DNA of 64,000 bases from contig NW_025767707.1 in assembly GCF_003918875.1 (NCBI RefSeq), positions 62,001 through 126,000 of the forward strand. Reading direction: 5' to 3'. This stretch comes from Haliotis rubra. Its lineage: Eukaryota. The notes beneath the pieces were generated by a model. The model saw only the letters and a list, made by a program, of their open reading frames with translations, searched no databases and was not told where the DNA came from. Shown here piece by piece: positions 36,701-48,700 of the stretch (the stretch's first letter is position 1; each line of letters starts with the position of its first letter). The translations under genes and the position numbers were made by a program.

Positions 36701-39700
36701 ATTGATTTACAAATTCAACAAATGTTAAATTTGCCTAGAGTCGTATGCCCAGAAGGCGGTGGCTCATGGGCCAATCTAGTGGATTTATTATTTATAATTC
36801 TTCTGCTGGAGTATATCATCTGAGTTTCCTTGCTGCTGCAAGTCTGAGGCCCACTTGCTTTTAGCATTGTCTTGTGATACTCCGTGGTGGGTGGGGAGTT
36901 CAGATGATGAACCATACTAAACTTACTATGGCTTACACAACCCCCCTTAAAAGAAACAAACGTCAGCTTGAGAATGATGATGATGATGAACCACGACCGT
37001 CCACGTCAATCGAATATTGGCCACGATTTCTCGTGATCGAGACACTTGACAAATCAGCTATAAAATTAAACCCTTTTGCAGTATCAAAAGGTATACATGG
37101 TATCGCAGGTGAGGTAAAGAATATCAAAAGATTGCGTTCAGGCTCCCTTCTTATAGAATGTTACAGGAAACAGCAATCGGCCAACCTGTTGTCAACCGAG
37201 TTGTTTGTTGGAGTTCCGGTATCAGTTTCTCCACACACAACTCTGAACACGAGCAAAGGGCACAACCCTCTCTGGGGTGGTGTGGCCACAAACGCAAAAG
37301 GTCAAGTTTTGGAGGATTTTATTTCGAATAATAATTTATGTATATATAATGATGGTACAAATACATATTTACATCCTGGCACAGGAACATATTCAGCTCT
37401 TGATAACTGACTCCAACTTACTGAATGAATTTGAATGGTCAGTTCACGATGATCTCTGTGGAAGTGACCATTTTCCTACTTTTCTAAAACCTGTAACCCC
37501 ATCTGATGTTCCTCCATCATCAAGATGGAATTTTAGAAAGGCTAACTGGCCTCTTTATGAACTGCTGTGTGTTACGAAATTTAAACCTGAATTTTTTGTT
37601 GATGTTCCTGATGCTATCAAATGCTTTTCTGATGAACTGAACATCATAGCTGATGAGTGCATACCAAAGTCCTCTGCAATTCCACATATTCGAAAACCTT
37701 GGTTCAACGATGAATGCAAACAAGCTAGGAAGGAAAGGAAAAAAGCAGAACATTATTTCCGTCGCCACCCTATGGTGCATAATATAAATAAATTTAAAAT
37801 TTTAAATGCTAAAGCGCGGCGTACCTTTAAACAGAATAAACGCCAATCGTGGCAAACTTATGTATCCAAAATAAATTCTCGAACGCCCATGATACAGAAA
37901 ATTAAAGGTAAAGGTACTAAATCTAGCGTCCATCATCTTAAACATGGAGAACAATCAGATATTGCGAACAAACTGGGGGAAACTCTTGCTAAACATTCTT
38001 CCTCTTCTAATTATGTACCTAAATTCCAACAATATCAAAAACATCAAGAAAAGAAACCCATTGATTTCAATTCAGATAACGGGGAAGACTATAATGAACT
38101 ATTTTCTATTCATGAGCTCCATACTGCTCTTGAACAAGCTCACGATACTGCTACAAGGGCTGATAACATACATTATCAACTCTTGAAGCATTTACCAGAA
38201 TCCTGTCTAGAAACTCTTTTAAATATTTTGGATGATATTTGGACATCAGGTAACTTTCCTCCCTCATGGCGTGACGCTATAGTAGTACCTATACCTAAAC
38301 CAGGACATGATCATACGCATCCGTCAAATTATAGACCTATTTCACTAACTAGCTGTGTTTGCAAAACCATGGAACGAATGATAAATAATCGACTTGTTTG
38401 GTACTTGGAAAGAAATAACCTTATAACAGATATACAATGTGGTTTCCGTAAAAACAGGAGTACTGTCGTTCACTTAGTGCGTTTGGAATCATTTGTTAAA
38501 AACGCTCTTATTAATAAACAACACGCTGTGTCTATCTTTTTTGATCTTGAAAAGGCATATGACACTACCTGGAAATATGGCATTTTAAAAGATTTACATG
38601 GCTTTGGTTTGAGAGGCCGTTTGCCTCAATTTATAGCCAACTTTTTAAAGGACAGACAATTTCAAGTCCGCGTGGGATCTACCCTGTCTGATCATTACAA
38701 TCAGGATCAGTGTGTTCCACAAGGCAGTATTTTGTCTGTCACACTATTTAGTATAAAGATAAATAGTTTATCAAAAGTTTTAAACGATTCCATAGATGGA
38801 TCGTTATTTGTGGATGATTTTAATATTTTTTTGTCGTGGTAAAAATATGCATACCATTGAACGGCAACTGCAGTTGTGTTTAAACAAGATAAATAAATGG
38901 TGCCTTGAAAACGGCTTTAAATTTTCTAAATCCAAAACTAATTGTATACATTTTTGTAGAAAATATAAACCACATAAAGACCCGGAACTGTTTCTCACTG
39001 GCACTCCCATCAAAGTTGTAAAGGAGGCCAAGTTCTTGGGTTTAATGTTTGATTTTCATTTAACGTTTCTGCCGCATATTAAATCCCTTAAAACTAAATG
39101 CATGAAGGCACTTGACTTGTTGAAAGTTGTTTCAAATTCTAAATGGGGAGGGGATCAAGCCACTCTCCTACATCTATATCGATCATTGGTCCGCTCGAAA
39201 CTTGATTATGGCTCCATCGTATATGGTGGAGCCTGCAAAAGCAACTTTAAACTATTAGATTCTGTCCATCACCAAGGTCTATGACTTTGTCTTGGATCCC
39301 TTTAGAACTTCTCCTGTTGACAGTCTCTACGTCGAGGCAGATGAACCATCTCTTGCACAAAGCCGTATACAATTATCCTTGCAGTATATAACAAAACTGT
39401 ATTCTAACGAGTCTAACCCTGCATTCAACTGTGTCTTTAATCCTCTTTATGAGGATTTGTATAACAAAAAACCTTCTCTTGTTCCACCTCTTGGTTTAAG
39501 AATTAAACCATTCATTTCTGCTGCTGGCATTGAGCTGGAAAAATATAGCTCCTTCCCGTCTTCTTTAGTTAGGCCCCAAGTTGACCTAACATTAACAGCA
39601 TTTAAAAAATCAGAAACTAATGATTTACATTATAAACAAGAATATAATCAATTAAAAAGTAAATAGAATACATATAAATCCTTATTTACAGATGGGTCCA

Positions 39701-42700
39701 AGGATGATGGCGCGGTGGACTTGTGCCACTGTCATTGGATCCAGAACAATCTCTTCTCGTTTACCAGATAACAGCTCTATTTTTACAGCAGAAGCAAACG
39801 CCATGTTAACAGCCTTAACAGATATTAATAAACACCGTAAATATAAACAATATATCATCTTTTCAGATTCTCTTTCGTGTCTTCAGGCTATTAAAATATT
39901 TCTTGCAAACATCCACTTTTATTAGAAATTATTGAATTGTGCAATGAACTTGCTACTGGCCAATGCGACATCGTCTTTTGTTGGTTACCCAGCCACGTTG
40001 GCATTTCTGTGAACACAATGGCTGATATTGCTGCTAAGGCAGCACTCAACAAATCTGTGACACCACTTCTTATTCCTTACTCTGATTACAAAGCTTGCAT
40101 TAGAACTTACATCCGTGTTCCGATGCAGAAGAAGTGGGACACCCAAGTAGGTATCAATAAATTACATGAAATAAAACCCTATATCGGTTACACTTACTCG
40201 GGTTGTCAGTCCACAATTGAGGAGGTCATCATACGACGATGTCGTATTGGCCACACAGGATATACTCATGAGTACCTATTAAAAGGTGAGGATCCTCCGT
40301 TTTGTATCCCTTGTGATGAAAGAATCACGGTCAAGCATGTCCTGCTTGACCGTGTTGAATATTCCATCACAAGGGATATTTATTTCAAAAAATACTATGA
40401 AGGATCTTTTTAGTAATATAAGTTCTCATTTAATTATTGCCTTTTTAAAAAAATTAGACTTGCTAACTGATTTGTAAATAGATATATATTTTATTATTGG
40501 TAGTTTAGATTAGTAACTGAGATTGTTAGTGGCTGTACCCTCAAAGGGAGTTGAAGTAGTGTAAAATTATTGTCCTCCTGAGAGGGTACGTAAGTCCCAA
40601 AATGTTCAAAGTCCATTTAAACTTGCCAGGATTTTTAAACGTAGAATTTTTGTTATTTTAATTTTGGCTAACATTTCTTACAATCACAAGCAGCTGAAGG
40701 GATGGTGTAAATCCAACTAGGGTCCATGCAGGTAGCAAAGGTACTGTAAGTCCCCATGGGCCCTAGTATGGTGATGTACCTTCTGATGTTGGCGATCTAT
40801 AGCCTGATTTTATATTGTATTGTCCCAATAGTGCTATTAGTTTTAAACTTTCCACGCTAGTTTTAATTCTAATTGTGATAATCTAGTGCTTTTACTGTCC
40901 TTCGTTGACAGGGTTTTATATATTATATGTATGTATTATAAATTTAGAACTAGTTTTAGTCACGCTATGGATGAAATATTGCCGATGTGACTTTAAATCT
41001 TAACTCACTCACTCACTCACCCCATTCCATGTATACATGGGTAGAGTCAGGCCTTTAAACTACAATAAAACACAATTTCTGGCCAAATTGCCCAGCTCAT
41101 TTTCGAAGCACAGGAAGTGGAACACATCAACTCCAGTTCGGCGCCAAATGTCACCTACTGGAAAATATATGTACACACAATAAGTATAAGTCATGGTGAT
41201 AAAAATAACAGCGCTTAATACTCAAAATTGTGGTCATTTGTAATTACTTGATGGAGGTACTTTTTAAAAGCATAAACATCTTACATTATTTCATCCAATC
41301 ACAGCTCTCACAAGTCTCTCTTCAGTTGTTTACATACGGTGCTCGCCCAGGGAACATGTGGTTCTGATTAAGTGTAGTGGAACCTATTCAAGACTCCCAA
41401 GTACAGACCATTGTATGGCTGGAATGTTCTGGGTATTAAATATAAACATACAAAACGTTTTAATAATAGACTGTAACAAACCACTGTACGAGTAAGACTG
41501 CATCACAACCAAATACTCTGTGAAAAGGTGAACATTAAAAGTAAAATGACAACATAACGTCAATATTTCATCTATTCACAGAACTTCATTACATGTCGGA
41601 ATATTCAATGACTGCCTGCAATGCGAGACCTGGTGCCATCTCAGTGCTTGTAGAATTAAGTAACTTCTGTTGCAAAAACTGGCATGTAATATTTACGCCT
41701 GAACACATCAAGATGATATAATCGGGGATCCAGAAAGCGCCAGAAATATGGATCATAGAAGAATCCTTGGAGGTGTCACTATAAATAAGTGTAAAGTCTC
41801 TAATTACAAAGTCCAAACCTTTGCTGCAAAAGCCCTTTTATGAAATACGGTTTCCACAATGTGTGATTTGGTTGTAGGTTGCAGTTGGTAATGTTATGGA
41901 CTCTGTTGTGTAACACATGTAACTGGTATTCTGAAGTCTGTGATGTAGATGTCGTAATTCCCTGTGATGATTTCCTTTTTCAGAAATCTGTTTCCAGACA
42001 ATATTGTTAGTGCTGCAATTCAAAGTTCACACACAGTATACGTCAAGGAAGAGTTCGTCAAGAAGGAATCTCCTGATGAATATGTGCTCCAGAATGTAAC
42101 CAACTCAACGTTTCTGGTAGAATCTGATGGGAGAAATACTACAGAGGAAAGAAACCCCATCTGGACACCTAAAACTGTCACCAGACCCGGATTTAATGTT
42201 TTAGGCATGTGAAGGCTTGGATAATTGGTAACATAGACTGTGCTCTTCATACGTTGCTCAGAAAAAATGTGAAGCTTAGAAAAAAACAACTGGAGACAAC
42301 CTTTTCTGTCATGTCTAAATATTTGCGCTGTATTACCGTTTAATATTTTGCGAATACATGAATTCATTGACTTTCGATGATCATGATTTTACCTTTTATT
42401 CACCCTTTTTATTTGGTACTGTTGACGTGGATTTTTTTGTTGGGTGTTGTCTTTGGTTGTCTTTGGGTTTTAGTTTTCTANNNNNNNNNNNNNNNNNNNN
42501 NNNNNNNNNNNNNNNNNNNNNNNNNNNNNNNNNNNNNNNNNNNNNNNNNNNNNNNNNNNNNNNNNNNNNNNNNNNNNNNNNNNNNNNNNNNNNNNNNNNN
42601 NNNNNNNNNNNNNNNNTTTTTATATTATATGTTTTTTGTTGTTGTTATTTTGTTTTTCTTGTTTTGTTTTCTTTCTTCTTTTTTTTTGGGTGGGGGGTCT

Positions 42701-45700
42701 ATATGTTTATCAACTGTAACTGTTTTTCTAGTAAGGTTTGTTTATAAAATATATATGTTGATGAAATGGATTCCAAACCTTGACTTTAAATTTTAAACAG
42801 TGTCTAGATATAGAACAGATTTTTGAAGACCGTCGAATCCAACTTAGCAACATGACCAACATAGGATTCAATATATCAACGTGTTGATTATTAGTTTTTC
42901 TGACGCGTCATCGCTTTCTCGCTAACCAGGCCATTTTGTTACCAGTAGAACATCACATGAGAGTACACTGGAAAAAAGACATAATGACTGTGTGTAAAGT
43001 ACCAATTACTTTTAACGTTTTTCAGTCAAAATCTACTACATTATAAAAACGCGACCTTACCTTTTCCATACTCATAAAACATATCTTTTAAATGCAGGGT
43101 CAATCGCACCGTTCCAACTATAGCATGAGAATCTAGCATCTGCAAATCTGTAATGGAATTGTGTTGTTCTGTTCCACAGGGATGTTGGTGTATTGTGCAG
43201 TATTTGGGGCAGTGCTTGGTAAACTAGGAGATAAAGGTCGGGTCGTCTTCAAATTCTTCGAGGAACTGAATGAGATCACGATGGGCATTGTACACCTCGT
43301 TATGTGGTATGTAATCCAGGACATCCCCTGCAGTGTCATACATAGATGAGACCCGCGAGGATCCGGGTTAGAATTGATCTTCAGTAGCCCATGCTCGTCA
43401 TAAGAGGCGACTAACGGGATATGGTGATCAGACTCGCTGACCTGGTTGACATAAGAACATGTAATCGTATCCCTATTTGGTAGATCAATGCTGAAGCTGT
43501 TGATCACTGGATTGTCTGGTCCGGATTCGATTATTTACAGACCACACAGTTGTAATATTGCTGAGTGCGACGTTAAACAACAAACAAACTCGTACATAGA
43601 TGAATGAAGTTTGTTTAAAACAAATTAAGATTTGGTTTTTAATTATAATCAGCATCTCATGCATGTTCCGTGTATTGTCATTGACCGTCAAAGTAGCTAG
43701 ATATGGTTTCATGCGACAATGTCCTGTTAAATTATAGATTCCGGCGAAACACTTTAAATGTTGATAAATGATACACACGAACACCACGTACTATTTCAGC
43801 TACATGCAGGAAACTTACATGTTTGAAAGAAGTATATTTACTGCACATTTCTGTTGCCCGGGTTTGAACCCCACATTGCTATAAATTGTCCCACATGGTA
43901 TAAATTGTGAAGACCTGTTGTGTCCGCCGCAGTGATTGTGCTGTTTGAAATTACTCGTCTACTCACGCAATAGCAGCAATAATGCTCAGTGGCCTACCTA
44001 CCCAGTATAATATATAATCCACGCACCAGTGTCTTAAACTGACGCAAGCGACTTACGTATATTTGTGCAGTTTGACTTGTAACCATTGCGTGATAATTTA
44101 ATCGTTGTAAATATACATTTACCCTGACAGATATGCCTGAGAGCTAAATGATTCAAGATTATAAAACATCACTGAGCATGAACTCTTTACTTATTTAAAA
44201 TCTAAAATTGTGCAAATGTTTACACTATTTCATACAATTTAAGGGGCGGTAGCTTGGTGGTTAAAGCGTTCGAAAAAGCTAGGGTAAGATTCTCCACATG
44301 GGAAACCCATTTCTGGTGTCCCCCCGCCGTGATATTGCAGGGAATTCGCTCCCGCACGCCCTCAACCACTCACCCACTTAATCAACTTGCTAACAGCATA
44401 TTTTGTTACAGGATCACGCCTATTGGCGTACTGTCCCTCATCGCTGGAAAGATCTTGAGTGTGTCCGATCTCGCTGGGATGGTTCATCACATAGGGATGT
44501 TCTTGGCCACCTGCATGGCCGGTCTTTTTGTGCAAACTATTGTCGTAATACCATTGATATACCTCATTCTGACACGGAAGAACCCCTTCATGGTGACGCT
44601 GGGAATAGTGCAGGCTCTTCTGACAGCTCTGGGCACCAATTCCAGGTCTGGCATAGCAATCAATCACTTAAAAATGAGACATGTAATGACGTTCTATGAA
44701 AAGTTGAAATACTGACATTATATTGGTCCGAGAAAAGCCATTGTAGATATTTAATGGCATTTTTCTGATCTTGGTTTGGTCATTCCGTAATTTATTGGTT
44801 AGCGGTGGTTAGCCTAATGGTTAAGGCGTTCAGTCGTCACCCGGTCGTCAAGACCTTGGTTCGATACCCCACATGGATACAATGGCACTGATATACTCAC
44901 TCACTCACTCGTCCGTGTGCAAAATATGTATTATGTCGGAAAGCACTCGTAAAATCTCCAAATCATCATCGTCAATCCCTAAATATATGTTGGTGAGTTT
45001 GTAAATATCTTTATTAAAACCAAAATGTAAAGCAATTTACATTTTATGCTGAAACTTCAAACAGTTTGCAGAGAATGTTAAAGATCCTTTTTATTTTTGT
45101 CAGTGCTGCAACACTTCCGGTTACCATCGACTGCTGTGAGAAGAATCTTAAGATAGACAGGACTATCAGCCGGTTTGTGCTACCTATCGGTGCTACTGTC
45201 AACATGGATGGAGCTGCCATCGTCCTAGTCGTCACCCCGGTTTACATAGCACAGATCAGCGGAGTGCACCTATCTGTACTTGACGTCATGGCTCTTGGGT
45301 AAATGAGTTTTTACATACACACTGCAAATGTCACATTCAGAAATATTCAAGCTGTATGGCGGCGGTCTGTAAATAATCGGGTTTGGACCAGACAATCTTG
45401 TGATCATCATCACGAGCATCGATCTAAACAATTGGTGTAAAATGTGCCAACCAAATCAGAGAACCTCTTACGACCAGCATGGGTTGCTGAAGACCAGTTC
45501 TAACCCTGATCTTCACAGGTTCAGGGCAAATGATAGTTACAAAAACCTTATCAAAATTAATGAGAACATTCAATTGCATGATTTCGACGACATCACAAGT
45601 ATTGATACAGTGTGATTTTTAGTAGTGTGCTGCTATATCATTGCCTTTTTTATAAGAAAGAGTTATATTCATTATACAAATCACATTTAAGCAATAGTTG

Positions 45701-48700
45701 AATGACAGTCTTTGAAATCTTATAGAAATACTACATCGTATCTTACATGTAGTCCTGTTGTCGACCTGATGCTACTGGAACAATGTTCAAAGGGGCGTGA
45801 AACCAAACTCACTCACTCACTCTTCGATTAAGCAGGAACTGTCGATCTTCGTACTAATGTGATAAATATCCCTAATCTGTTCGCTACCATAGTTTGGTTT
45901 GGTGGTTGATTAACGCCACATCCAGCAATGTGAAAACTGTATGGCGGCGGCCTGTAAATAATCTAGTCTGGACCAGACAATCGAGTGACTAACAGCATCG
46001 ATCTACGCAAATGGGATACGATGACATGTGTCAACCAAGTCAGCGAGCCAGACCACCCGATCCCGTTAGTCGCCTCTTACGACAAGCATGGATTACTGAA
46101 GACCAATTCTAACCAGGATCTTCACCAGTCTATTTGCGAGAGAGATTTGGGAAGGGACAGAGATGGCGACGTCACATCCCGAAGAAGAACTGGAAGGAAG
46201 TGGGTACTGGTTAATGTTATAATTAAAGATGACCGTAGAACAACTGACCCAATTTTACGAAAGCCCAATGCTGCCTATTTTGTATCAAAACATATTTTTC
46301 AGCGACATTTCTCGTTGCTTCCCGGTCGAGTATTTTTCCTTATTTCAATTAATTGTCGTTGCTCCGAATATTTTCTCGTTCCTTCAACTATTTTCAAGAA
46401 TTTCAAGGGGTTTTTTTCAAAATACTCGAAGGAACGAGAAAATACTTGAAATATCAAGTTTGTGACAGAAACTTGAAATTACGAGAAAATACTCGAAGCA
46501 ACCAGGAAATAATCTAAGCAAAGAGAAAATAATCTAAGCAACGAGAAAATAATTTAAGCAACGAGAAAATATATGAAGCAGCGAATAAATAATTGAAGCA
46601 ACGAGAACTTTCGCCGAAATTTTTTTATGCTACAAAAGTGGCAGCATTAGGCTTTCATACAATTTGAATGAAGAAACTGGAAGTAGGATCGATACAATGA
46701 GAAACATCGCTATCTATTGTACCCCAAAGTAACATCTTGGCGGACGGTTGAAGATCATCTGTCATCATGCAACGCATAACAGTATTGAAATCAGGGTGTC
46801 ACCCCCATAAGTCATTCGTCCCATTAGTCAGACGACTTAAATAAACACATGTCATGGTTGATTCTTCTTACATATGAACCCTTAGTACCTCTGTAGGTAA
46901 ATGGAATGACCCATATGAAACGAAACAAAACGAATTTATAGGAACAGTTTATTTGAGTCATTCTCGTAGTTCGTGCATATTTCAAGTTTTCTGTGCTTGT
47001 TTTACATTGAAATGTTTTACGTTTGTAGTATTCTGAATATTAAGTATACAAAACATAAATAATGCAAGCTTAACGACATTTCATTTATCATATTTAACAC
47101 TTTTTATTAGAAATTTCAGGAAATTGCGCCACTACCGTTACGAAATTTGTAACGGCATTTTGAAAAGAGAAAAATCCAAAACTCTTATCATTTAATGTAC
47201 ATATTATTATATTGGAATGTATAGTTTTACATTATAACATGGCTAATCGGTTTTTGAATATCATATTCATTGCTTAAATGGGACAGACAAGCCCACAAAT
47301 TCATTCTAATTTGCATAAGCATAATTACATAAAGTAATATGTCGCAAGAAATTCAAAATGAGAATATGAATTATATTATGCTTACTTGAAGCACTACTAC
47401 CAAACATACATGCACTACTAATTCCAAACATAAACAGATAAATCAATTTTGATTAAGTAAGGAAAATGATAATGTTAGGGCATGGACTGTGGCATTAATT
47501 GTTACGGTGACACAATAACGGCAGTGACATTTTTAATAATAGCCAGTATTATATGTTTACTTTAAAAGCTGATTTAATGAAATTTGTTAGTCAGATATTT
47601 CAGAATGTTTGAAGAATATGTAACAGGCAAAGATTTACTTAGATGTCCCTGTAATGTTAAACACAGGTGAAGACTGCATCTTACGGCAGTGACATTGTGA
47701 CAATATAGAATGTCACTACCCTAACGGCCCTATCACAGCCGTTTTCTTCTTTGTCACAGCCGTTACACTACCCTGTCCTTACCGTAACAACAAATCATAC
47801 TTACATGCTTATTGATTTTATCTATTTGATACAAAAAATATTATGTTAAATAAGATTCCAAAACATTGAATATCTTCGAATTGAAACTTTAGATGCAAAC
47901 AACATTAAACTAGAAAAATCTCACTGTCGCCTCAAAATCTGTCCTTACCTACAAAACTTGTGTGCCTCGCCTTAATGTCACATACTCAACTTCTATAAAG
48001 CTGCCATAATGACGAATAAGTGATGCTTCTTCGATCTTGGGGCAATATATATGTAGTTATTCTTAAACAATCTACAACATCAGTAGACACAAAGTTTTTA
48101 AAAAATAGAGTTTCCTTAAATCTGCATAATATACTATCCCAAAAAAGAAACGCATAGGTGTTTTGTATTTCAAAAAATATATTAATTACCTATTGTGTTC
48201 AAACAAGGATTAAAGGATTGCAAGGATTAAAAAGGTATCGCCACAATGCAACAGAATTCACCTTCCAGTTGAAATTGTGCAGCAAAGAGCATGTACTATC
48301 TGGATATAAAAATCCAGATTACTTTGACGCTGCGACACGGAACATCGCCATTGAAAGAATGCACGCTGGAGATTACCAATCTTCTGTTGCCAGGCGTCTG
48401 AATGTTAGTCTGAGCACGATATCACGGCTTGCAGCTCGTTACAACCAAACAGGTATAACAAATGACCGTCCACGAACAGGCAAACCTGCAGCCCAAGATC
48501 GGTACATCCGGGTACTACATTTGCGTGATCGTACTGCCACGGGTGAGAGCACAGCAGCCAAGTTGCCTGGACTTCGGAGGATATCCGCTCAAACTGTACG
48601 CAACAGGTTCAGAGAGATTGGACTGAAAACCAGGAGACCCGACGTCGGGACCGTGCTACGTCGTCACCATCGCGCTCAACGTCTCTGTTATCTAAAATTA

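Noticed and set aside
42358-42796. ORFs spanning N runs (also 50045-50472)
   Set aside because: They are artefacts of assembly gaps and T-rich low-complexity sequence.
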